A stretch of 59,518 nucleotides of DNA from a virus (Duplodnaviria > Caudoviricetes): positions 1-59,518 of IMG/VR virus record IMGVR_UViG_3300048672_000363; one strand, written 5' to 3'. Below, in pieces: positions 44,329 to 53,557 of the stretch (positions are counted from its first letter, which is position 1; the number at the start of each line of letters is the position of its first letter). The notes beneath the pieces were generated by a model that worked only from the letters and a program-made list of their open reading frames with translations, did not search any database and was not told where the DNA came from. The translations under genes were made by a program, and so were the position numbers.

Positions 44329-44735
44329 TACTTTAACCTCGCATTCTTCTGCTTAACCTTTGAACACCAGTCCCCGTGTCTAGGGTCTTTCCGGCTCTTG
44401 CTTCCACATACAGAACAAAAGCTAGTTTCAAATGGTGGCATCGTGTCGGTTCTAGAGCGTATTTTCTCGCGGTCTGCTTTCACCGCCGCAAATAATTCAG
44501 CCGCAACCTTGCGCGCCATTGCCACATCCTCAATATCGCGCATAACAGCCGCTACGCCTTCAATAGCCGATAACGTGGCAACATGTCGCTTAATCGCCTC
44601 TTCGCGCTCTATGCGCTTCTTAGAGCGGAATTTGCGCGCACGTGCGGATGTTTGCTCGCGCACCTTGTCAATTTTTGGCGATGATGCGCGGGTGCGTTGG
44701 CGACAAATCTTATTCTTCTCTTGCATCTGGGTCAT
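44328..44735 (-). CDS. basic hypothetical protein with C-terminal CxxC/HxxxC
   Basis: 135-aa ORF, operonic. Confidence 0.55.
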   Translation of the reverse strand: MTQMQEKNKICRQRTRASSPKIDKVREQTSARARKFRSKKRIEREEAIKRHVATLSAIEGVAAVMRDIEDVAMARKVAAELFAAVKADREKIRSRTDTMPPFETSFCSVCGSKSRKDPRHGDWCSKVKQKNARLK

Positions 44736-45192
44736 ATCCTAAAAGTTCAATACACAGATTTTTTTTGTCTTCCTGATTTGATTGTTGCTTGTTAGTGCGG
44801 GATTCTCCGTCCCATTTTTCGATACCCCAGTAATTATGCCCCTCCTCAAAATACCGATGTTCAAATGGAATTTTGAACTTGTTGCAAAATGCCGAGATCA
44901 CTGGGTACGGAATAGACCAAGCCGTATCAAACAAGATAAAAGCCATGCCATCTTCAATTCCCACACTGCCGCTATACGCATTCCATTTCGTACCCCAATT
45001 TTCCGTGTTCCAATTAAGCCAATTTAACTTGAAGTCCTTTTGGTCTTCCATCGTTAAATTTCCTCGATAAATTCCACATGGAGGGGCGATAAGCAAGCTA
45101 AAATCAAATTTCCCATTTGGGCAAACCTGATCAAAAACAATATGTGAGCTTGATTGGTCAAACAAAATTTTGTGTGTTACATGGTTTGGCAT
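44710..45192 (-). CDS. DUF1281 / ferredoxin-like fold protein
   Basis: MPNHV..FDF..WNTENWGTKWNA..FDTAWS motifs. Confidence 0.8.
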   Translation of the reverse strand: MPNHVTHKILFDQSSSHIVFDQVCPNGKFDFSLLIAPPCGIYRGNLTMEDQKDFKLNWLNWNTENWGTKWNAYSGSVGIEDGMAFILFDTAWSIPYPVISAFCNKFKIPFEHRYFEEGHNYWGIEKWDGESRTNKQQSNQEDKKNLCIELLGYDPDAREE

Positions 45193-45228
45193 GTTTATCT
45201 CCTTTGTGTTGTGTTATTCAGTTCGCGC

Positions 45229-45257
45229 ATCTTACCAAAGCGACGCGTTATTGTAAA
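45229..45257 (-). promoter_or_regulatory. sigma70-like promoter
   Basis: TTTACA-N17-TAAGAT with extended TG on the - strand. Confidence 0.55.
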
Positions 45258-45288
45258 TAAGCATAACGCAAAAATTGCAAAAAAATTA

Positions 45289-45750
45289 TCAAACCTCTTT
45301 CAGCATCAATTTAATGCTTTCAGGTGTTTCGGATTTCCAATAATTGCTAATCACGACCTCAATTAGCCTGTCGAATACCGCGCTAAATTCGTCGTCGTCC
45401 ATCATGTCGAATGCAAGGCTGCGCGGTATCATCATAGGGATCATGCCGTGACCTTTCAAAAAGAAAGAAAACTCCTCGCACTCAATCATCCCCTCGCGCT
45501 GTAGTCGCTTCAATGCCTTGTGAGAGTCCATACCCTCAAAGCTTTCGATATTCTCTTTAACAAGCGTCCCTAATCGGTGAGCAAGTCCCCATAACGCGGG
45601 ATTGCGAGGGACTGTAACGTCAACTGATACAATCTGCCCAACGCTTAACTTTTTCGCTCGCAAAGCTTCAACGCCAAAGTTGTCTGCTGGGACTAATCCG
45701 CCCTTGATAACGCGCATCATAATGCGCTTGCGCTGCGATTTGATAGCCAT
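45289..45750 (-). CDS. DUF1367-like protein
   Basis: GGLVPAD..PRNPALW..IPRSLAFDMMDDDEF motifs; ATG 45750. Confidence 0.65.
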   Translation of the reverse strand: MAIKSQRKRIMMRVIKGGLVPADNFGVEALRAKKLSVGQIVSVDVTVPRNPALWGLAHRLGTLVKENIESFEGMDSHKALKRLQREGMIECEEFSFFLKGHGMIPMMIPRSLAFDMMDDDEFSAVFDRLIEVVISNYWKSETPESIKLMLKEV

Positions 45751-45902
45751 CACCCGATCCGCCCACCAACAAACCGCCTCACGCAAGCGCGGCGAATTCC
45801 TCCGAAGACGTAAACCAACACCCCGCCGTCATACTCTTCACAGGTGTATTCTTGCGGGTCGTAGTAGTGCGCTACTCCCCGCGCATCAAACACTGTAATC
45901 AT
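45750..45902 (-). CDS. small hypothetical protein (50 aa)
   Basis: Manually read MITVFDARGVAHYYDPQEY..; GGAG RBS. Confidence 0.45.
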   Translation of the reverse strand: MITVFDARGVAHYYDPQEYTCEEYDGGVLVYVFGGIRRACVRRFVGGRIG

Positions 45903-45915
45903 GCTTATCTCCCAG

Positions 45916-46989
45916 TTAGTTAATCAAACATTCTCGCCTGCGCCGTTGCTGCGCGCAGCTAAAAATCCCGCCGTGAGCATCTATGATAATGCCGTACGCA
46001 ACATTTAAAATATCTCGCGCTTGGCGAAAATCTAGTCTTCTGCGATATTTCCCATCTGATCTCAATCCTTTGAATGAGGTCATAAACACGTCTTTTGTTT
46101 CTTTTCTGCGTTCCATGAGTAGTTTGTTGCACGCTTCAATGAGTGGCTCGACTAAGTTTGAGGGTAATTCAGGTAATGAAATTCGGGTGATTGAGCGGCT
46201 ACTTTCTTTGATGTTAGTCGGCAAAATCGTTTCTCCGCGCACAAATTTAATTGATCCGCTACCTACTTTACTATCTACGCAATGCAACCCAATCAGCCCG
46301 TTAGGGTCGTTGAATTTCCAAGAATAGGTATCTTGGGCAGGCAAGATGTATTGGGCGAGCGTTTTGAATGTGCCAATTTGTCGATTTCCCCCCCAAATTT
46401 CAAAATCATCTTTTGTTGCTTTAATTTTTTCTGGCACGAACAAAGCAAGACACACAGGGACTTCTGTGTCTTCAAACATACGGCAAGTGAGGCTAACAAC
46501 GGCATAAAGCCGATTGTGGAACAAATTTTGAGTGAGGAAACTCTCAGGGATAATTGCTGCGACATATGGAGTATGGGTCAGCATTATTTCTAGAGCTTTT
46601 TTATACACATCGTCATATTGACCACCTGAATAAGGCAATTTCCGTCTTGTCGCACTATTTTTCGCCAAATAAGGTGGGTTAGTGATTGCGATCTGATAAT
46701 TCTGAGGATAGTTTTTAAACGTATCTTGGCAAGTAATTGCTATTTCTTGAAATGCGTTTGCCGTTTCTTCCATTACGGGGTCAATATCGAAGCACGCCCA
46801 ATCATTGTCATAATTTAAGTCTCGAATCATCCATACGATGTTGTTTGCACCTGCGAATGGCTCAAGTATCGTTGCATTAGGTGGTGTCGACTTGAACCAG
46901 CGAACAAACGCCTCATTTACAAAAGGGTTTGTTGTGGTGAAAAACTGACCATAAATTCTCTTGCGTGTCTCGATTGGTATAGTCTTCAT
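45916..46989 (-). CDS. amino-(N6-adenine) DNA methyltransferase
   Basis: YGQFFT, ILEPFAGAN (motif I) and ITNPPY (motif IV). Confidence 0.8.
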   Translation of the reverse strand: MKTIPIETRKRIYGQFFTTTNPFVNEAFVRWFKSTPPNATILEPFAGANNIVWMIRDLNYDNDWACFDIDPVMEETANAFQEIAITCQDTFKNYPQNYQIAITNPPYLAKNSATRRKLPYSGGQYDDVYKKALEIMLTHTPYVAAIIPESFLTQNLFHNRLYAVVSLTCRMFEDTEVPVCLALFVPEKIKATKDDFEIWGGNRQIGTFKTLAQYILPAQDTYSWKFNDPNGLIGLHCVDSKVGSGSIKFVRGETILPTNIKESSRSITRISLPELPSNLVEPLIEACNKLLMERRKETKDVFMTSFKGLRSDGKYRRRLDFRQARDILNVAYGIIIDAHGGIFSCAQQRRRRECLIN

Positions 46990-48539
46990 GGCTTGTCCTT
47001 TGAAATTTTAACCATCGCAACCTGAATGCTCACGCCTTCAAAGCTCACAGGCTCGCGCCATTCATGCGAGTACCCTTTGATTAACTGCTTACCGTGGAAG
47101 CTTGCCGGAACGATTGCGACAACGCACCCGCCCGCATTCAATAATCTGACCGCATGAGTGACGTGCAATTCTGCGCGCCCTTGGTCAAAGGGCGGGTTCA
47201 TCACAATTTTGTCGAAGCTTCCAACCTTTGCAGTTATGAAGTCGCCGCAAATAATGTCATAAAATCCGCGCCCCTTTAACACCTCGCAATGAAGCGGTGA
47301 AATTTCCACGCATTTTGTCGCGTGCTTTGGCATGAATTTAGCGATGCCACCTTGACCCGCGCTTGGTTCTAAGCACTTGTCCCCAGCTTTGATTTCAGCC
47401 CACGCTACAGCCTCTTTTGCTAGTGATTCTGGCGTAGGGTAATACTGGTGAGATTTGACGTGCGGAAGTGTGCCGTCAATTCGTAGGTGTTGTAATGCGT
47501 GAGTGAAGTCATAGTCAAAGCTGATCGAAAACCAACTGTTGAACTTCCCGCCCAAGAATTCAATAATTCGCTTGAATTCGTCCTTCACGCTCTTGTCGTC
47601 AATCGAGGAGGTCGCCCAATCAGGGCTGGCAGATGAGCGGTGCATGAATGTGAATTGACTGCGAACCACAAACGGGATTGTGTTTTCCAGATACTGGAAT
47701 TCCTTGCTTACCTTTTCGGGCTTCGTCCTAAATTCAGATGGGATTGCGTACTTGTTCGCCTTTGCAAGTTGGTTGTTAAGCAGGTACACAACTTCGGGGT
47801 GGATGCGAAAATGGATATTGCCATTAGCATAGCAACGAATCTGGAGTGCCCCGCCGTCAATTCGCACCCATTCCCCGCGCTTGTTGGCGCGAAGGTAATC
47901 AATCTGGTTGTCAACATCGAATTCGTGAAGACCATCAATGATGTTTCCGATCAGTCGACCGATTACAACGCGAAGCTCTCTGATTTGTTGTGTCGCAGAC
48001 AGCCGCGCTTCGTAGATTCCTTTTGGTTGGAATCCCCATTGGCTATTTGTCTTATGCACCTTACTAAGACTGTGGAACAGCTCATCCACGCGCTTTGTGA
48101 ATAGGTCTTCACTTCCACTAATTAGCGTTAGCAGAGTTTCCTCTACATATTCATCGAATTTCGGGCATTTGTTGTAGGATATAGCGTAATCAAAATATGC
48201 CTGCGATACTTCCGGCTCTTGCCCTGCACCTGATTCCATTGAGCTAAATTTCCGCACATTACCGACTGGAAGATAGGAGCGCATACCTGTTTGTTTCAGC
48301 GCGGCTTCCCAGTATTTAGAATCAAGGTGTTTGATAATGTCGTCTAGCTGCTTCTCGCGCTCACTCTCCGTTTTCATTATGCGCATATAGCCATTGCTCG
48401 TGACTTTTCCGATTGCCTCAAGCAATTTCTGGTTATCGCATAGCATCTTGAATGTTGCCGTTGCTGATTCAACATCTTGTTGATAAGCCTGTATCAGCCG
48501 ATCAATCAGCGGCTTTCTTTCCTGTATTTCGCTTTTCAT
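46986..48539 (-). CDS. DUF4942-like domain + C-terminal class I SAM-dependent DNA methyltransferase
   Basis: LSKVHKTN and IRCYANGNIHF in the N-terminal part; QYYPTP, LEPSAGQG and VMNPPF in the C-terminal part. Confidence 0.85.
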   Translation of the reverse strand: MKSEIQERKPLIDRLIQAYQQDVESATATFKMLCDNQKLLEAIGKVTSNGYMRIMKTESEREKQLDDIIKHLDSKYWEAALKQTGMRSYLPVGNVRKFSSMESGAGQEPEVSQAYFDYAISYNKCPKFDEYVEETLLTLISGSEDLFTKRVDELFHSLSKVHKTNSQWGFQPKGIYEARLSATQQIRELRVVIGRLIGNIIDGLHEFDVDNQIDYLRANKRGEWVRIDGGALQIRCYANGNIHFRIHPEVVYLLNNQLAKANKYAIPSEFRTKPEKVSKEFQYLENTIPFVVRSQFTFMHRSSASPDWATSSIDDKSVKDEFKRIIEFLGGKFNSWFSISFDYDFTHALQHLRIDGTLPHVKSHQYYPTPESLAKEAVAWAEIKAGDKCLEPSAGQGGIAKFMPKHATKCVEISPLHCEVLKGRGFYDIICGDFITAKVGSFDKIVMNPPFDQGRAELHVTHAVRLLNAGGCVVAIVPASFHGKQLIKGYSHEWREPVSFEGVSIQVAMVKISKDKP

Positions 48540-49024
48540 TTGTACACCCGCAAAAATCCATCAATAGGTAAAAACGCGGTTTCAAACGCTTTCATAATCG
48601 TCTTCTTTGCAACTGGTGGAGGGATTACAACCTTTGCCTTTGCTGATGCCTTGCGAACAGAAAGATGTACGTTATCCATCTTTCTAATACGCTCTATAGC
48701 TCGATACAACTCAGTTCGTTTTGTTGTTCGCAGCACCTCGTCAAAATCAAGGCACGCCTTGCGCACGGCAATCAACCCCTCGCCATCGAATCCGGCGCGC
48801 TTATGCCGTTCGTATCGCACACGAGCGCGCTCAATGGCTCTTAGTGCATCATCAAAGCTGCCGTCAGCTTTTACCACCATTCCGATTGTGAACCCTTGGG
48901 CTAGGTCTGAAATGTTTTTGAACGTACCTTTCCCGCTGCAAATGGCTACTCTAGCCATGTGCAATTTAGTGGCGAGCGTTTGATACTCGCTATTATTGAC
49001 TCGTGAGCTATTTGGCATTTTCAA
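48536..49024 (-). CDS. hypothetical protein
   Basis: 162-aa ORF, operonic overlap. Confidence 0.6.
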   Translation of the reverse strand: MKMPNSSRVNNSEYQTLATKLHMARVAICSGKGTFKNISDLAQGFTIGMVVKADGSFDDALRAIERARVRYERHKRAGFDGEGLIAVRKACLDFDEVLRTTKRTELYRAIERIRKMDNVHLSVRKASAKAKVVIPPPVAKKTIMKAFETAFLPIDGFLRVYK

Positions 49025-49382
49025 TCACCGCAAAAGTCACTTCTGCAACTCCCGCCGCTTGAGGAATTCCGAGCCGGTCAAATACCGCTGGCGTAAGGTT
49101 CGCAACGCGTTTTGTTGGCGAAATGATGAAGCCTGCAACCTCGGCGGTTGCGCATCGCTCATCTTTGATGCCGGACGTGCAAATAACAACTCGCGCCCCA
49201 ATCTTGATTCCAGACTTAACAGGGACGGTGATCGCCATCTTGTCGGGGTCGTATCCCTCTCCAGTCGTGTAAGGCGTTGCACGGTCTCCAATGCTTGCAA
49301 CTTGACCGTAGAACACTTCAGCATTTGCTGCAAACGATGCCACCAGTGCTAGTGCTGCGATTACTTTTAATACGTGTTTCAT
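49008..49382 (-). CDS. secreted RlpA-like double-psi beta-barrel protein with degenerate active site
   Basis: Signal peptide MKHVLKVIAALALVASFAANA, then GQVAS..TTGEGYDPDKM..IGARVVI..RVANLTPAVFDRLG..GVAEV, which follows the RlpA pattern. ATG 49382 with GAGG RBS. Confidence 0.6.
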   Translation of the reverse strand: MKHVLKVIAALALVASFAANAEVFYGQVASIGDRATPYTTGEGYDPDKMAITVPVKSGIKIGARVVICTSGIKDERCATAEVAGFIISPTKRVANLTPAVFDRLGIPQAAGVAEVTFAVIENAK

Positions 49383-49612
49383 TTTGCCTCTCCTTTTTTG
49401 ACTGCTTCTTTTTGCTCGCATAGCGCGGTTAATGCCTGAATGTATGCTCTTCTTACACCACCCACCTTGTAATTCACAAGATTGCTCAAATGGCTCTTTG
49501 TAATCCCAAGGTGGGCGCAGACCTCTTTGCGCTTCATTTCGTGGATCACGCACAGTCGATGAACCAAAATCGCTAAGTGTTCGTGGTCGGTTAAAATTGG
49601 CTGTTTAATCAT
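49379..49612 (-). CDS. XRE-family HTH protein
   Basis: MKRKEVCAHLGITKSHLSNLVN. Confidence 0.7.
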   Translation of the reverse strand: MIKQPILTDHEHLAILVHRLCVIHEMKRKEVCAHLGITKSHLSNLVNYKVGGVRRAYIQALTALCEQKEAVKKGEAK

Positions 49613-49830
49613 GGCAATTCACCAACGATGTCATAGGTGCTCTCTTTTCTATTAGAATCTTTCCCATATCCACGCCATGTGTTATGGCAAACGAACGCTC
49701 CAGACGCATCACGAATCACTCCAGCAACTGGGGAGTAGGCGTTGTCTGATTCTGGAAGTACATAATGCACTTCCGCATAAAACAAATCATCGCGCAGAGC
49801 GTATTTTTTACCTGCTTCAATCTTAATCAT
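49609..49830 (-). CDS. hypothetical protein
   Basis: MIKIEAGKKYALRD..YDIVGE; operonic. Confidence 0.6.
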   Translation of the reverse strand: MIKIEAGKKYALRDDLFYAEVHYVLPESDNAYSPVAGVIRDASGAFVCHNTWRGYGKDSNRKESTYDIVGELP

Positions 49831-50108
49831 GCTGCTTCCCCTTTGTGCAATTCCTGAAACTTCGCCCACTCGCGATCAACTGTGGATAAGAATTCAGGCA
49901 ATTCATTAGATAGCACATCAGATATCTCAAATGCTCGAACAGCATTTACTGTGTGCGTGATGGTGAACGAAAGCTCACCTAATTTTGGCTCCGACTGGTC
50001 AACATACATTTCGCATTCAGCCAAGCGATCAGGATATTTATTACCTGACCGGTGAACTAAAAGTTGCACGGAAACCCCTCGCCCAACTGCAAACACCTTA
50101 ATCATCAT
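49827..50108 (-). CDS. hypothetical protein
   Basis: GGAG RBS before ATG 50108. Confidence 0.55.
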   Translation of the reverse strand: MMIKVFAVGRGVSVQLLVHRSGNKYPDRLAECEMYVDQSEPKLGELSFTITHTVNAVRAFEISDVLSNELPEFLSTVDREWAKFQELHKGEAA

Positions 50109-50334
50109 TCTCTCCAAGCAGTTTTTCAATAACGTAAGCAACACCTCCGTCAAAGAACTTGTCCATTACCATGTTGTAGAACATAACTACGTCATCAGCA
50201 TCCGAGGGATCAAACTTTGAATGCCCGCTCCCATTTCGGTATTTGTTTTCATTAAAATTCTCCATCATGGAGAGCATATTTTTCAGCGCGTCAACCTCGT
50301 CTTCATCCAATACGACATCAATCTTAGTTCCCAT
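50098..50334 (-). CDS. acidic hypothetical protein
   Basis: 78 aa with GGAG RBS, downstream of a TATAAT box near 50365-50370 on the - strand. Confidence 0.65.
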   Translation of the reverse strand: MGTKIDVVLDEDEVDALKNMLSMMENFNENKYRNGSGHSKFDPSDADDVVMFYNMVMDKFFDGGVAYVIEKLLGENDD

Positions 50335-50450
50335 TTTTATCTCCCGTTTCGTTAATCATGGCGCATTATAGCCCAAAAAACGCCACCGTGTTGTACTTTT
50401 TCGCAAAAAAAAGCGCACTGTTGGGTGCGCTTGGGTGTGTTGGTTGTGAG

Positions 50451-50900
50451 CTACGGCAAAAGCAACAAATCAATCTCAAATTGTACCGACTCAATAGTGA
50501 TCGGCTGGATAATCGCCACCACCCGCTCGCCAAAATCGTCAGGTTCGGCAACCAACCCAAGTAAGCGATGATTCATGCGGTCATCGGCAACCACGACCTT
50601 GTTTAGCGCATCCTCAAGCACCTTTGGGATGTTGCCATTGTCCAGCCTGCGGATTGAGTCTGCCCATAGCGGCGACTTCTTGGCGCGCTTCTGCCAGTCT
50701 TTGGGACGCGCTGGGTAATAGATGCACGTCAGCGAATATCTGCCCTGTAGCGGCTCTTTAATCCCCGCTATGCGCGCAATATCCGCGACGTGTTTGAAAT
50801 AATCAGTCACCTTTTTGGGTTTGAAGTGAATCCCGCCAGTGGTGTGGCGTGCCGCCAAGTTGCCAGATGGTGGGCGATCAAGCGTTAGGATGATTCTCAT
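50451..50900 (-). CDS. rusA: RusA-family Holliday junction resolvase
   Basis: PPSGN..RLDNGNIPKVLEDALNKVVVADD. Confidence 0.8.
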   Translation of the reverse strand: MRIILTLDRPPSGNLAARHTTGGIHFKPKKVTDYFKHVADIARIAGIKEPLQGRYSLTCIYYPARPKDWQKRAKKSPLWADSIRRLDNGNIPKVLEDALNKVVVADDRMNHRLLGLVAEPDDFGERVVAIIQPITIESVQFEIDLLLLP

Positions 50901-51088
50901 AATGCCAGAAAATCATTGTAGTCCTGCTCAGATTTAAACTCGTTCCAGCCTGTTATAACAATTTTTTCTAGACTAGTCTCTTTTTTAATTAGAGCGTTTA
51001 GGTCTTTTAAAGCCGGAAAAATGGCGCACTTGCACGGTAAATTCCCATTCGCGCCAAGAGCTGCGTATTGAAATAAAAAGTACCTCAT
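50897..51088 (-). CDS. hypothetical protein
   Basis: 63-aa ORF with overlapping start and stop. Confidence 0.55.
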   Translation of the reverse strand: MRYFLFQYAALGANGNLPCKCAIFPALKDLNALIKKETSLEKIVITGWNEFKSEQDYNDFLAL

Positions 51089-51537
51089 AACACCCCCAAT
51101 AATTGATTTTGATAAGCAAGCAATTTCTCTTGTGTCCCGTACCGATTAGAAAACGCATCCGGCGTTTTGTGCGCCGACATTGGCGAGTTGTCGTGGTGGT
51201 ACGGGCATAGCCCGATTGAATGCTCAGGGTTTGCGCGCCTGCCAGTGCCACGGTACTTTTGCCCAAGCAAATGATGAACCACTGGCGTAGTGTGAATTCC
51301 ATCCTTCAGGCAAGCAACGCACCCAATCGCTACGATAGCCTCGTAGCGCGCCCGCACTTCCGGCGTGATTACTTGACGCGACTTGCGAACGCTCGCCTTC
51401 TTTTGCTTCTTCGCTTTCGCTTGAATGGCATTAAAGCATTCCAAGCTGCACGCTTTAGATTGCCAAGGCTTCGGGTGTGTTTCGCGGGCGGGCGGGTAGA
51501 AGTACACCCCGCAATGGCATTGTTTACGCCGCGCCAT
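51085..51537 (-). CDS. Ref/NinG-like HNH-type recombination nuclease
   Basis: N-terminal CxC..CSLEC; GCVAC..HH..IGLCPYHH..YGTQEKLL. Confidence 0.75.
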   Translation of the reverse strand: MARRKQCHCGVYFYPPARETHPKPWQSKACSLECFNAIQAKAKKQKKASVRKSRQVITPEVRARYEAIVAIGCVACLKDGIHTTPVVHHLLGQKYRGTGRRANPEHSIGLCPYHHDNSPMSAHKTPDAFSNRYGTQEKLLAYQNQLLGVL

Positions 51538-51799
51538 TTTGCTTTTCTTTGAACATGGATGGAGTCATCAAGAGTCCGCGCTCCAAAATAATTTCAATCC
51601 CGCGCATTAAGCATTCAGCGCACTCAAATCGACTGCTAGCTGAAAGCCCTAGCTTAGAGAATGGGATGGTAATTTTCCCGTGCTTTGTCGTTGCCTGAAA
51701 GCACCACTCGCCGTCTTCACCATCGGTCACTTCGTAGCCGTAGTAAAAGGCTATGCCACCGCCGCTTAGTACAGCGTAATCGCTTGCAATTGAACTCAT
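51524..51799 (-). CDS. hypothetical protein
   Basis: 91 aa with GGAGG RBS. Confidence 0.6.
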   Translation of the reverse strand: MSSIASDYAVLSGGGIAFYYGYEVTDGEDGEWCFQATTKHGKITIPFSKLGLSASSRFECAECLMRGIEIILERGLLMTPSMFKEKQNGAA

Positions 51800-52149
51800 T
51801 TCGTCACCTCCAAAATAGGCATCCAGCCAAGAAGCTCAACTTTCTTGCCTTTGTAGTGGTGCAAAATACTAAGCCCGCTATTGAATACCCACCCTTTGCC
51901 CTCGTTGTTGCAATCGGCTAGGCGAAACGGCTTGCTGCCGTTAATTTTGACGTACAAGTCAATAGACGTTCCATCCATTGGCGCGTCTGCCATGTCGCGC
52001 AATGCAGGCTCTGAATTTGCATCTCGCCACGCATCCATCATCAGCCCAGCCTCTTCCCACCAGCTAAATGACTTCATAATAAATACAATAGCATCTAACC
52101 CGCTCATCCCATTCCAGTTTTTAGAACTACTTGCTTGTTTTGGTGTCAT
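51796..52149 (-). CDS. hypothetical protein with DUF551-like C-terminus
   Basis: DAPMDGTSIDL..GWMPI. Confidence 0.55.
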   Translation of the reverse strand: MTPKQASSSKNWNGMSGLDAIVFIMKSFSWWEEAGLMMDAWRDANSEPALRDMADAPMDGTSIDLYVKINGSKPFRLADCNNEGKGWVFNSGLSILHHYKGKKVELLGWMPILEVTK

Positions 52150-52619
52150 ACACCCCCCTTGATTCTGTTAATTTCAGTAAGCGGAATCTTACCGTTCCAG
52201 TCCGCTTTGATCATGCCAGTCTTAACCCAATTGGCTAAAGTGTGGCGATGAACACCCAACTCACGCGCCGCTTCCGCCTTGCTCAAGTTGAATTCAACGC
52301 GCTTGAGCAGTTCAAATTCCAGCACAAATACCGTCGGGTTGCGGTCAGGTAGTACTATTGGATTGTAGGCGTGAGGTACAGAACATTCCTCAATAAAATC
52401 GGAGCGGGTTTTGAATCCTTCCGCCAAAACGTCAGCGTAAGAAATGTCCAGCAGCCGCTCTTTGCGAACGTCCTTGACGTGTAGGAAATAACCCTTCGCG
52501 CCAAACTCTACAACGTCGCCTTCTTCAATCCATGTGTTGTAATCCCGCCGCGTTTGCGTTTTAGCCCCGCTCAAAATCAGCGGGATGTATTGGTCTTTGA
52601 ATGGTAGAGTTTTCATCAT
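52146..52619 (-). CDS. ASCH-domain protein fused to a C-terminal HTH
   Basis: ILSGAKTQTRR..VRKERLLDIS..AEGF..NPTVFVLEFE followed by LSKAEAARELGVHRHTLANWVKTG. Confidence 0.8.
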   Translation of the reverse strand: MMKTLPFKDQYIPLILSGAKTQTRRDYNTWIEEGDVVEFGAKGYFLHVKDVRKERLLDISYADVLAEGFKTRSDFIEECSVPHAYNPIVLPDRNPTVFVLEFELLKRVEFNLSKAEAARELGVHRHTLANWVKTGMIKADWNGKIPLTEINRIKGGV

Positions 52620-52627
52620 ATTACCTT

Positions 52628-52936
52628 TCAATCTTCTACTCTGCATTGGCGGACAGCACATTTGAATGCTATAGAACGCGTGCGTCCTTTGCCCTTATAA
52701 AAGAGCAAATGAGGGGTGCATGGGAAACCTTCAATTTTTGTTCTGAGTGGATACTGTTTGTTTGAATAGTAATACCCCTTGTTTATTCCAGTGCTTTCGT
52801 GGAATAGCTTCATATTTTTCAGCACATAATTCAATGATTCATTGTGGGTGCGGATTGAGCGCGGAATTTGGTCACGCTTTATTTTGTGCCTATAGACTTT
52901 TTGGACGGTGAATTTATTGATTTTTGCCGTTTTCAT
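52628..52936 (-). CDS. basic hypothetical protein
   Basis: 102 aa with GGAG RBS, directly after a promoter. Confidence 0.55.
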   Translation of the reverse strand: MKTAKINKFTVQKVYRHKIKRDQIPRSIRTHNESLNYVLKNMKLFHESTGINKGYYYSNKQYPLRTKIEGFPCTPHLLFYKGKGRTRSIAFKCAVRQCRVED

Positions 52937-52967
52937 GTTTTTCTCCGGTTGGTTAATTTATGGGGGT

Positions 52968-52996
52968 ATCATACCACTACACTTTGGACATTACAA
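52968..52996 (-). promoter_or_regulatory. sigma70-like promoter
   Basis: TTGTAA-N17-TATGAT with extended TG on the - strand. Confidence 0.55.
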
Positions 52997-53032
52997 TAGT
53001 TATTTATACTATTTAGACAAATAAATGAAAAT

Positions 53033-53053
53033 AAAAAGGCGACCGAAGCCGCC
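53033..53053 (-). terminator. rho-independent terminator (copy 1)
   Basis: GGCGGC-TTCG-GTCGCC-TTTTT on the - strand. Confidence 0.85.
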
Positions 53054-53143
53054 TTTCTAAATCTCACGCGTTCCTGCGATTTCGCTCATTCCTCTTGCGT
53101 TCGTGCCACTGATTGCGCCGCCGCTGTGTTGCTGTTCGCTTCT

Positions 53144-53341
53144 TCATTCGCTCACCTCTTGCATCGGCGGGTACAGGAGGCTGATTAACCTCGCGGCTTC
53201 GATCAGCTCGTCATTATTGCCAGTTCGATAGGCGTTTGCCACCTGCTGAAGCCTGCCGCTCTGCTCTTTAATCACGCCTAGTCGCACATTGGCAAGTTCT
53301 TCTAGCTCTTTTGCAAGTTTTTCTAGTTCTTTGTATGTCAT
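53144..53341 (-). CDS. small coiled-coil protein
   Basis: 65 aa with GAGG RBS. Confidence 0.6.
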   Translation of the reverse strand: MTYKELEKLAKELEELANVRLGVIKEQSGRLQQVANAYRTGNNDELIEAARLISLLYPPMQEVSE

Positions 53342-53353
53342 TTTTTACCTCGT

Positions 53354-53557
53354 TTATCTCGCCTGAAATTTATCGCACGTCGTTTGCTTGGGTTTGCTCA
53401 CCTCGAATCCGCCAATAGCGCAACGCTCAAGAGGCTTATCGTACTGGTCGCACCTTGCGCACGGGCTTTGAATTGACTTTGCCGTAGTGGTGCGCGCACC
53501 TTGGCGAATTTGCTCTACCCCTTTTAGGAATGAGACTTGACTACGCCGTCTATCCAC
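53354..53557 (-). CDS. small Cys-containing protein
   Basis: CxxC..C..C pattern; start uncertain. Confidence 0.45.
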   Translation of the reverse strand: MDRRRSQVSFLKGVEQIRQGARTTTAKSIQSPCARCDQYDKPLERCAIGGFEVSKPKQTTCDKFQAR

